From Campylobacterota bacterium (GTDB lineage Bacteria > Campylobacterota > Campylobacteria > Campylobacterales > Sulfurimonadaceae), in NCBI GenBank assembly GCA_034661055.1, contig JAYEKO010000012.1:1-24279 (forward strand): a stretch of 24,279 bases of DNA, in the 5' to 3' direction. Under the pieces are notes generated by a model. The model worked only from the letters and a program-made list of their open reading frames with translations, was not told the origin of the DNA and ran no database searches. This document shows positions 1-7,022 of the stretch, piece after piece. A program made the translations under genes and the position numbers. Positions within the stretch are counted from its first letter, which is position 1. The number at the start of each line of letters is the position of its first letter.

Positions 1-132
1 AACATCTAAAGCAATCTCTCTAATTATGTTCTCTATTTCAAAACTACTTTTGTAATCTTCTTTTTCAATTGCTATTTCTCTTTTTTTATTTAGCTCTATA
101 ATTTCAAGAGCTAATTTTTTATAATCTTGCAT
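1..132 (-). CDS. Hypothetical protein, 5' part only (MQDYKKLALEIIELNKKREIAIEKEDYKSSFEIENIIREIALDV...), weak UVR-domain-like helical motif
   Basis: Not in the ORF track. Manual translation gives 44 open codons from the ATG at 132 to the window edge, with a strong RBS (AAGGGAGGGGAAATA-ATG). Confidence 0.7.
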   Translation of the reverse strand, partial: MQDYKKLALEIIELNKKREIAIEKEDYKSSFEIENIIREIALDV

Positions 133-147
133 TATTTCCCCTCCCTT
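130..147. repeat. 18-bp direct repeat, copy 1 (CATTATTTCCCCTCCCTT; RBS plus start codon on the - strand)
   Basis: Identical to 419-436. Confidence 0.9.
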
Positions 148-154
148 TTATTTC

Positions 155-421
155 TTATTCAAAATGTTGTAATGAATCAAATTCATTTAATAACATTTCA
201 AGGTCATGCTTTATGTTTTCTAGTTCGTCTTTTTGATAGTCTATATTTTCGATCCACTCTTCATATCTTTCTCCTATTTCTGAATCTCTCCACTTGTCTG
301 GTTTGTCTCCTAAATAATTTTCACCTTTTTCTATATCTTCAGAAATAACAGTTATTGCATTTTCAAGGGTTTCGAGCCCTTTATATAGTGCATTTATACT
401 TCTTTCACTGATCTTTTTCAT
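155..421 (-). CDS. Hypothetical acidic helical protein (88 aa), phage-type
   Basis: Strong RBS and a TAATG stop/start overlap with the upstream ORF. The motif YLGDKPDKWRDSEIGERYEEWIENI is reminiscent of small phage hypothetical proteins (from recollection, not searched). Confidence 0.75.
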   Translation of the reverse strand: MKKISERSINALYKGLETLENAITVISEDIEKGENYLGDKPDKWRDSEIGERYEEWIENIDYQKDELENIKHDLEMLLNEFDSLQHFE

Positions 422-436
422 TATTTCCCCTCCCTT
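419..436. repeat. 18-bp direct repeat, copy 2
   Basis: Identical to 130-147. Confidence 0.9.
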
Positions 437-696
437 GAATAAAATCCAATCTCTGCTAGTGTTTTAATTGCTTGACTGTCCCCGTTTTCTTCTAGTGCCT
501 CGATAAAATCTTGAAACTCTCTACCCCATAAGTTTAGTTCTCTATAGTCTTTTGTGGCTACAGACCAATTACCATTGTAAGCACTGTCTATGATGTCAAT
601 TAAGATAACATTGTTTTCTAAGTTCCCATATTCTAAAGCTTCCGCACTTATTACAGTGTCTTCTCCGTATTGATCAATTAATTCTAAACGTTCCAT
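421..696 (-). CDS. Hypothetical acidic protein (91 aa, MERLELIDQYGEDTV...)
   Basis: Start re-assigned from 855 to the ATG at 696, which is preceded by the RBS AAAGGTAGATTTT. The upstream extension runs through the palindromic region and does not look protein-like. Confidence 0.7.
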   Translation of the reverse strand: MERLELIDQYGEDTVISAEALEYGNLENNVILIDIIDSAYNGNWSVATKDYRELNLWGREFQDFIEALEENGDSQAIKTLAEIGFYSREGK

Positions 697-726
697 AAAA
701 TCTACCTTTGTTAATGACAGGTTTCT

Positions 727-744
727 TCTAGTTTTAAAACTAGA
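727..744. promoter_or_regulatory. Perfect 18-bp palindrome TCTAGTTTTAAAACTAGA (candidate operator)
   Basis: Self-complementary sequence about 30 bp upstream of the leftward ATG at 696. The function is inferred. Confidence 0.5.
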
Positions 745-770
745 TCGCCCATAGGGTGAAAGCTCTTCGC

Positions 771-945
771 TCTTGCTCTTCTGACCATTTTTTCCCCTCA
801 AAGGGGTTGAACATCTTGGTGCGAGAATGAAAAAGCTTTGAAAAAAATAAAACACTTTTTATTTTTCTTCACTGCTTTCTTTATTCTACGGTGGGAAGAT
901 TTTCAACCACTTCGAGGTGGAAAAATGATTAATAAAAGCAAAAAA
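771..945. repeat. Large imperfect inverted repeat centred near 854
   Basis: The reverse complement of 782-817 matches 896-931 at 29/36 positions ungapped. The central stem is AAAAATAAAA (843-852)/TTTTATTTTT (857-866), and the intermediate pairing is AAAGC (832-836)/GCTTT (874-878). Confidence 0.85.
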
Positions 946-1100
946 CTCCGTTTTTTTGCATTCCACTTAGATAAAAGAGGCGGAGCCTCCTACCTCTTTA
1001 TCTTAAAGCGTAAGCGTAGAATAGGGGTTTAGCGAGAATATCCTCGACTGGGGCTTTGCCCCATAAAGAGATATGAAGCGGATCCCCGATTGCGTAGCAA
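938..1100. other. Cluster of short GC-rich hairpins; candidate single-strand origin, packaging signal or structured RNA
   Basis: GCAAAAAA/TTTTTTGC (938-959), AGATAAAAGAGG/CCTCTTTATCT (969-1003), GAGGC-GGA-GCCTC (977-989), CGAG/CTCG (1033-1046), TGGGGC-TTT-GCCCCA (1049-1063), TTGC-GTA-GCAA (1090-1100). Confidence 0.5.
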
Positions 1101-1155
1101 ATTCCCCAAATTCAAAAGAATCATAGAGGCATGACGAAAATCTAAGAGGAGATAC

Positions 1156-1193
1156 ATCTAAAAAAGTTCAAAAAATCTAAAAAGTTTAAAAAA
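1156..1193 (+). repeat. Imperfect 19-bp tandem repeat (ATCTAAAAAAGTTCAAAAA / ATCTAAAAAGTTTAAAAAA)
   Basis: Two adjacent similar units read directly from the sequence; low complexity. Confidence 0.55.
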
Positions 1194-1402
1194 CAAATAA
1201 TTCTTATTTCACACATTTTGGAAAAACGTAAAGAGCATCTCTTGAAACTTCCTACGCAAGGGCATTAAATTTGCATCTCTTCACACCCTGTAAAATTTAT
1301 CAACTTTTGTCATATTACTTTATCTGAAAAGCGTGTGTTAAAGGGCGTTGGTCTTTTTTCCTCTCTCTTCATGAAAATCAAATATAAGAAAGGCTTAAAA
1401 AT

Positions 1403-1756
1403 ATGATTAAGCAAAAAATTAATGGTCGCTCGGTAAATACTGTTTCTATCGTTTGTTCTACTGCTGATGCCGCAACTTTGTCGGCTATTCTTGCAGGAGA
1501 ATCAACAGAATGGGAAGTAACTGCTGAAGGCGGTACCACTGCAAACGCTGTTACTCCTAACTACCTCGCCTTTAGTGTTGGTAAAAAAGGGATTGGAAAA
1601 TCTAACTCTGCAAGTGTACGCTTGCCACATATCAAAATAACTAAAACTTGGTCGGATGTAAAAACCGCTGTAGTTGGTGCTTTTGATCAAGATTTCGCTA
1701 CTGCTGTGAAATGTGAATACTGTAACCTATTCGGTGCATCAAGCAAGGGAGCTTAA
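1403..1756 (+). CDS. Hypothetical protein (117 aa), paralog A; candidate virion/structural protein
   Basis: RBS AAAGG and an Ala/Thr/Gly/Val-rich composition. It aligns by eye with 1759-2100. The function is inferred. Confidence 0.85.
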   Translation: MIKQKINGRSVNTVSIVCSTADAATLSAILAGESTEWEVTAEGGTTANAVTPNYLAFSVGKKGIGKSNSASVRLPHIKITKTWSDVKTAVVGAFDQDFATAVKCEYCNLFGASSKGA

Positions 1757-1758
1757 TA

Positions 1759-2100
1759 ATGAAATCTATGTTAATAAACCGTTTTAACGGGAAAAATCAC
1801 ACTGTATATTTACCATGTGATGAAATTCAAGCTGCTACATTTGCTGGTGCAATGCTAGACGGAGAATATCAAGTATTAAAAATGGGTGCTGTTAGTGGAA
1901 CAGAAGCTGAAACTGTTGCAAATAAAGTAAATATTATGGTAAAAAACACTACATCTGGTGAAAAAGCTTACTTCAATATGCTAGTTGATTCAAGTAAATC
2001 AGAAGAAGAAATTTTCGCTGTTGTTATTGGTCTTACAATTAATGGGGTTTTAGTTGATGAAGCTTACATTATGTCAATGACAGAAGTACTATACGCATAA
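1759..2100 (+). CDS. Hypothetical protein (113 aa), paralog B; candidate virion/structural protein
   Basis: RBS AAGGGAG, starting 2 bp after the previous stop. Shares the NG..TV...C....AAT...A.L.GE and GT.A..V..N pattern with paralog A. Confidence 0.85.
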   Translation: MKSMLINRFNGKNHTVYLPCDEIQAATFAGAMLDGEYQVLKMGAVSGTEAETVANKVNIMVKNTTSGEKAYFNMLVDSSKSEEEIFAVVIGLTINGVLVDEAYIMSMTEVLYA

Positions 2101-2339
2101 TGCAAATAACTGAGATTGTAGCAGTTTTAACATTGCTGCTTTCTTTTGTTGGTGCTGTTGGATTTATAATTGTAAAATTTGCTCGAGTAGAATCTGACGT
2201 ACTTCACTTAGAGCGTGTTCTTGATTCAGAACTTCGACACATAAGAGAAGATCTTGAAGAGTTAAGAAACTTAAAAGATTTGATACATGAGATAAAAGCT
2301 CAAAATACTGTTTTACTCTCTCTCAAAAAAGAAGATTAA
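2100..2339 (+). CDS. Small protein (79 aa) with one N-terminal TM helix and a C-terminal coiled coil (holin/YvrJ-like architecture)
   Basis: TAATG overlap with the previous gene. Hydrophobic IVAVLTLLLSFVGAVGFIIV is followed by a heptad-like charged helix. Confidence 0.8.
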   Translation: MQITEIVAVLTLLLSFVGAVGFIIVKFARVESDVLHLERVLDSELRHIREDLEELRNLKDLIHEIKAQNTVLLSLKKED

Positions 2340-2366
2340 AACAAAAACTTACATGAAAAGAGTCAC

Positions 2367-2394
2367 AAGAGTGTCATATACGGCACTCTTTCTT
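2367..2394 (+). terminator. Probable intrinsic terminator of the three-gene operon
   Basis: Stem AAGAGTGTC/GGCACTCTT (one G-U pair), loop ATATAC, followed by TCTT, 27 bp after the stop codon. Confidence 0.65.
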
Positions 2395-2423
2395 ACAAAT
2401 TTCAAAATTCTTTCTAAAAACAC

Positions 2424-2452
2424 TTGACATCTTGTTACGGAATTTGTATAAA
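2424..2452 (+). promoter_or_regulatory. Near-consensus sigma70 promoter (TTGACA-17 bp-TATAAA) facing panB
   Basis: -35 at 2424-2429 and -10 at 2447-2452. Confidence 0.5.
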
Positions 2453-2490
2453 GTTTTGTTAAAATCCACTTTATAGACACCCCTAAAAAC

Positions 2491-2496
2491 TATAAT
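2491..2496 (+). promoter_or_regulatory. Alternative -10 box (TATAAT) for the panB operon
   Basis: Perfect TATAAT about 60 bp upstream of the panB ATG. Confidence 0.5.
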
Positions 2497-2558
2497 ATCA
2501 CTCAAAGGTAGGATGCTATGGTTTTTAGAGATACCCTTATTACTACAAAGGCAAGCTA

Positions 2559-3350
2559 ATGAGTAAAAAAATGACTATTAATACTATTAAACAATCAAAA
2601 AACAGAACTCCTTTAATGATGATAACTGCTTATGATGCACTTTTTGCAAATCTTTTTGATAATGAGGCTGATATTATTCTTATTGGAGACAGTCTTAACA
2701 TGAATTTTGCAGGAAAAAATGACACTCTTAGTGCAACATTAGAGCAGATGATTTACCATACTAATGCGGTCTGTAAGGGTGCGCCCAACACATTTACAAT
2801 ATGTGATATGCCTTTTGGAACATATACATGTAAATCTACCGCACTCAACAATGCTATTGAGGTATTTCAAAAGACTCCTGCTGACTCTATTAAAATTGAG
2901 GGCGGAAGCGACAAAGCAGAAATTATTGAATATCTGACAGATAATGGCATTGCGGTGTGTGGACACATAGGTCTTCTACCTCAATCTGTTCGTAGTGAAG
3001 GTGGGTATCTTGTAAAAGGTAGAGATGACGCTGATGCCAAGAGACTGTTACAAGATGCAAAAGCCATTGAAGAAGCGGGAGCTTTTTGTCTGGTCATCGA
3101 GGGTGTCAAGGCAGAGGTGGCCACCCATATTGCAAAAAGTGTTACTATTCCAGTTGTTGGTATTGGTGCAGGTAATGGCGTAGATGGTCAAGTGCTCGTT
3201 TTTTCAGATATGTTAGGGTTTTTTGAAGCCTTTACTCCAAAGTTTGTTAAGAAATATCTTAACGGTGGTGAACTGGTACGTGATGCTGTCTTACAATATA
3301 AAAAGGAGATTATCTCCCGAGAATTTCCTGATGACATTCACACCTATTAG
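2559..3350 (+). CDS. panB: 3-methyl-2-oxobutanoate hydroxymethyltransferase
   Basis: Motifs [43 protein letters not shown]; 263 aa. Confidence 0.97.
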   Translation: MSKKMTINTIKQSKNRTPLMMITAYDALFANLFDNEADIILIGDSLNMNFAGKNDTLSATLEQMIYHTNAVCKGAPNTFTICDMPFGTYTCKSTALNNAIEVFQKTPADSIKIEGGSDKAEIIEYLTDNGIAVCGHIGLLPQSVRSEGGYLVKGRDDADAKRLLQDAKAIEEAGAFCLVIEGVKAEVATHIAKSVTIPVVGIGAGNGVDGQVLVFSDMLGFFEAFTPKFVKKYLNGGELVRDAVLQYKKEIISREFPDDIHTY

Positions 3351-3358
3351 GTCTTAAA

Positions 3359-4369
3359 ATGGAACGTATTGTAGAGATTGAAAAATTTACCACCGATGAG
3401 AGCATAGAGATTTCACTTCGACCTGATGGCTGGAGTGATTATATTGGTCAAGAGCAGATTAAAAAGAACCTTGGTGTCTTTATTGAAGCAAGCAAGAAAC
3501 GTGGAGAACAACTTGACCATGTTCTTTTCTATGGGCCTCCTGGTCTTGGAAAGACAACATTAGCACTTATTATTGCTAATGAGATGAATACTAACATTAA
3601 AGTCACTGCGGCACCTATGATTGAAAAAAGTGGTGATCTTGCTGCCATTTTAACCAACCTAGATGAAGGTGATATTCTCTTTATAGATGAGATTCATAGA
3701 CTCTCTCCTGCAGTAGAAGAGATTCTATACCCATCAATGGAAGATTTTCGTTTAGACATTATTATTGGAAGTGGACCTGCTGCACAAAGTGTTAAGATTG
3801 ATCTTCCGAAATTTACCCTTATTGGTGCTACCACACGTGCAGGCATGCTCTCTAATCCACTAAGGGATCGTTTTGGAATGAACTTTAGAATGAAATTTTA
3901 CAATAGTGATGAACTCTCCAAGATTGTAACTCAGGCATCACAGAAACTGGAAAAACCTATTCACGATAATGCCGCACATGAAGTTGCTAAACGCAGTCGT
4001 GGAACACCTAGGATTGCGCTACGGCTCTTAAAACGTGTTCGTGATTTTGCTGATGTTAGCAATGAAGATCTCATTGACATCAATCGAACACAGTATGCAC
4101 TTAATGAACTTGGAATCAATGATAACGGGTTTGACGAGATGGATATTAGACTACTAGAACTTCTCGTTCACGCCAAAGGCAGGGCTATGGGACTAAGTAC
4201 CATTGCCGCAGCACTTAGTGAAGACGAAGGTACCATTGAGGATGTTGTTGAGCCTTATCTTCTTGCTAACGGATTTATTGAACGGACTGCAAAAGGTCGC
4301 ATCGCTTCACCAAAAGCTTATGAATTACTAAAGTTTACCTATCCAGCAAAACAAGAAGGACTCTTTTAA
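3359..4369 (+). CDS. ruvB: Holliday junction branch migration helicase RuvB
   Basis: LRP, Walker [10 protein letters not shown], Walker [36 protein letters not shown]. Confidence 0.98.
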   Translation: MERIVEIEKFTTDESIEISLRPDGWSDYIGQEQIKKNLGVFIEASKKRGEQLDHVLFYGPPGLGKTTLALIIANEMNTNIKVTAAPMIEKSGDLAAILTNLDEGDILFIDEIHRLSPAVEEILYPSMEDFRLDIIIGSGPAAQSVKIDLPKFTLIGATTRAGMLSNPLRDRFGMNFRMKFYNSDELSKIVTQASQKLEKPIHDNAAHEVAKRSRGTPRIALRLLKRVRDFADVSNEDLIDINRTQYALNELGINDNGFDEMDIRLLELLVHAKGRAMGLSTIAAALSEDEGTIEDVVEPYLLANGFIERTAKGRIASPKAYELLKFTYPAKQEGLF

Positions 4370-5409
4370 TGAAACCAAAATACTTTTTGATGGCACTATT
4401 TGCTTTAGCACTATACTTTTTATATATTCTCTACAAACCTTTTTTAATGAGTATTATAGTTGCATCACTTTTAGCTATTTCAACATCAAATATTCAAAGC
4501 CGTTTTGAGGCACTTTTTCGTTCAAAGTTTTTGGCAGCAACCTTATCAACCATTCTGCTTCTTCTCATGCTGTTTGCACCACTTAGCTATACATTAACCA
4601 TGCTTACCGCCAATGTTAACAATCTTGATCCTCAAGCCATTGATACAATGTTTCAAAAATTGATTCTATTTATTGATAACACACCACCCATTCTTGAGCC
4701 TGTAAAACAGTATGCACATAGCTACCTTGATGAACTTAGTGTTAGTAACATGGCTTCTAACGCCTTAACAATTGCTGGTAAAGTTGGAATCTACAGTGCT
4801 TCTTTTGTTAAAAGCTCTTTTTTAATTATTATATTCTACTTTTTTGCTCAATATTATGGACGTGCTATTTCAGGATTTTTAAAACGTGTTATACAACTTC
4901 AAAAGCAAGACGCAACACTACTTGGCTTTGAGATAACTTCTGTTATGAGTGTTGTCTTTTACTCTATTATTGTTACAGCAATTTTTGAAGGAGCCCTGTT
5001 TGGAATTGCCATCTCTTTTATGGGTTATGATGGACTTCTTTATGGAATCATCTATGGTTTTGCCTCACTAATTCCTGTTATTGGTGGAGCACTTATGTGG
5101 ATTCCATTTGTTCTTTATGAATTTACTCAAGGCAATATAGAGTCTGCCATATTCATTGCACTCTATTCTATTGTTGTCATCTCTATTATTGCAGACACTT
5201 TTGTTAAACCGATGATTATTAAGTACATTAATACCAAGATGGCTAGCATTGATGCCAAGCTCAATGAGATGATTATTTTCTTTGCCATCATTGCAGGACT
5301 GACTACATTTGGTTTTTGGGGAATGATTATTGGACCTGCTATTACAGCCTTTTTCTTATCTTTACTGAAAATAGTAGAGCTGCATCAGCGTAAAAAAGAG
5401 TTAGATTAA
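4369..5409 (+). CDS. AI-2E family transporter (AmaA/PerM-like)
   Basis: Multi-TM 346-aa protein with SLIPVIG, DTFVKP and [15 protein letters not shown] motifs. It follows ruvB, as amaA does in Campylobacter. Confidence 0.9.
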   Translation: MKPKYFLMALFALALYFLYILYKPFLMSIIVASLLAISTSNIQSRFEALFRSKFLAATLSTILLLLMLFAPLSYTLTMLTANVNNLDPQAIDTMFQKLILFIDNTPPILEPVKQYAHSYLDELSVSNMASNALTIAGKVGIYSASFVKSSFLIIIFYFFAQYYGRAISGFLKRVIQLQKQDATLLGFEITSVMSVVFYSIIVTAIFEGALFGIAISFMGYDGLLYGIIYGFASLIPVIGGALMWIPFVLYEFTQGNIESAIFIALYSIVVISIIADTFVKPMIIKYINTKMASIDAKLNEMIIFFAIIAGLTTFGFWGMIIGPAITAFFLSLLKIVELHQRKKELD

Positions 5410-6227
5410 CTCTTTTTGTCTGCGTACTTTCTTACAATAGGCCATGCAATCATGGCAGCTAGAACCATTAACAGACTCAAAAGCTGCCCTTGCGTGAACC
5501 AGCCACAGCAGAGATAGCCAATCTGAAAGTCTGGTTCTCGCCAAAACTCCGCCACAAACCGAGCCAAACCATAAAGTATCCCATAGAGCAGTATTAACTC
5601 ACCTTCAAACTTTTTATGGTTACGATACATGTAAATAATTGCAAAAACAATAATTCCCTCTAAAAATGCTTCATACAGCTGTGATGGATGACGCAAGGTA
5701 TTATGCACATAGATTCCCCATGGAACTTCGGTTACTTTACCAATTAGTTCTTGATTTAAAAAATTACCAATACGTCCAAAAACATACCCAAGCGGAACTG
5801 AGATGGCTACTAAATCCATAAATGTTCCAAATGAGAGCTTATGTCGTCTGTTAAAGAGGTACGAAGCAATCAAAAGACCAAGAACCGCACCGTGAAAGCT
5901 CATGCCCCGTATTCCTACAAATTGACCATCTATAAAAGGGTTAAATATCTGCCAAGGATGTGTTAAATAGTACATGGTGTGTGTGTCATAAAAGAGAATA
6001 TATCCTAAACGTGCCCCTAGAATTACCCCTACTTCAACCCATATAAAATAGTCATCTAATTGATCTTTAGAGATGTTAATGCCATCTTTTTTAACCATAA
6101 CTTTAGCAACATATAGTGCAGTAAGAAGAGCCAATACATACATCATTCCATACCAATGTACGGGAATAGAAAAGAGATGAAATGCTATAGGATTAAAATG
6201 TTCATAAATATGGTTCCAAGATTCCAT
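5406..6227 (-). CDS. lgt: Prolipoprotein diacylglyceryl transferase
   Basis: [47 protein letters not shown]. Confidence 0.97.
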   Translation of the reverse strand: MESWNHIYEHFNPIAFHLFSIPVHWYGMMYVLALLTALYVAKVMVKKDGINISKDQLDDYFIWVEVGVILGARLGYILFYDTHTMYYLTHPWQIFNPFIDGQFVGIRGMSFHGAVLGLLIASYLFNRRHKLSFGTFMDLVAISVPLGYVFGRIGNFLNQELIGKVTEVPWGIYVHNTLRHPSQLYEAFLEGIIVFAIIYMYRNHKKFEGELILLYGILYGLARFVAEFWREPDFQIGYLCCGWFTQGQLLSLLMVLAAMIAWPIVRKYADKKS

Positions 6228-6233
6228 TGTGGG

Positions 6234-7022
6234 CTAATCCTTTATAATATCACTAATTTTATAAGTAAAGATATCGGAGTTTTCATGAATTACATGTAAA
6301 TTCTCTTTATGAAATGCGACACCTTCAGCTTTATTTACTCGAATGCTTTTTTTATGGATTTTACCATCAAAAATATTATCACTCTGTTGACTCGGCTCCA
6401 ACAGATAGAGCGTATCATACGTTAAAATAGCTACATAATCACCACGACTATCTGCAGCAGTTACTTTACCTTTAATGTTATAGACAGCAACTTTTTTAGC
6501 ACTATTTTTTTCTATCTTATAGAGTACTGTTTTTTTGCCTTTTTTATGTTTTGTAAGTACAAACAGAGCATCTCTAAAACTAAAAAGAGCTTCAGAGTTA
6601 TAGTTTTTAATTTTCTTCCCCTTGCTATTAGCGTAGGTAAACTTAATACGCTTTTGCGATGTTACTTTTTTATCTTTGTAAGGGTTTGGTTCATTAATAA
6701 AATAGAGTTTTAAACTCTTGCGCTTTCTCTTATTATTGCCAATATCACCAATGACAATATGCCCATCAAAGTAAGCAATATCTTCCCAATCCTTGTGCTT
6801 GGCATCGTTTACATGTATTTTTGAAATAAATTCTAAGGTCTCAGCATCTATTGCGTACAGATAAGGTTTATCACCAGAGTCATTATGAGTCCAAAAAACA
6901 TTGGGATACTTTTTTGAGCTTAGTAGTCCTGATGCTTCGGTTATGAGTCTGTTACTATCAGCTTGACACTGTAAAAAAAAAGATGACAACAGCATCGATA
7001 AAAAAATAGCTAAAACTCTCAT
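6234..7022 (-). CDS. Secreted hypothetical protein, probable beta-propeller (EASG..., HNDSG, DWEDIA, GDIGNN motifs)
   Basis: N-terminal signal peptide and a conserved-looking motif series typical of an uncharacterised propeller family; co-oriented within the hemN-lgt run. Confidence 0.8.
   Translation of the reverse strand: MRVLAIFLSMLLSSFFLQCQADSNRLITEASGLLSSKKYPNVFWTHNDSGDKPYLYAIDAETLEFISKIHVNDAKHKDWEDIAYFDGHIVIGDIGNNKRKRKSLKLYFINEPNPYKDKKVTSQKRIKFTYANSKGKKIKNYNSEALFSFRDALFVLTKHKKGKKTVLYKIEKNSAKKVAVYNIKGKVTAADSRGDYVAILTYDTLYLLEPSQQSDNIFDGKIHKKSIRVNKAEGVAFHKENLHVIHENSDIFTYKISDIIKD

Larger units (their letters stand above)
1..2395. mobile_element. Partial putative small phage/plasmid-like element (divergent modules around a structured intergenic region), truncated by the window edge
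   Basis: Six short ORFs with no recognisable housekeeping function lie in two divergent, tightly packed groups. A hairpin-rich spacer (697-1402) separates them, a terminator follows at 2367-2394, and core genes (panB-ruvB) start abruptly afterwards. No integrase or Rep gene is visible in the window, and the right boundary is approximate. Confidence 0.6.

Noticed and set aside
127..348. 73-aa + strand ORF
   Set aside because: Antisense shadow of the RBS-supported - strand genes.
130..436. 18-bp repeats as CRISPR or attL/attR
   Set aside because: Only two copies 289 bp apart, each coinciding with an RBS and start codon; too close to bound the element.
697..1032. N-terminal extension of ORF 421..855 (-) and ORF 838..1032 (+), which share FFIL...PLRG
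   Set aside because: The shared peptide is an artefact of the DNA inverted repeat. Neither has a convincing RBS, and both run through hairpins.
697..1402. tRNA, tmRNA or known riboswitch in the structured spacer
   Set aside because: I could not recognise a cloverleaf, T-loop or known riboswitch consensus. An Rfam search would be needed to exclude this fully.
1403..2339. Classic inovirus coat or tailed-phage structural genes
   Set aside because: The paralogs lack the signal peptide and TM helix of pVIII and are too short for HK97-type capsids. No Zot, terminase or portal gene is visible in the window.
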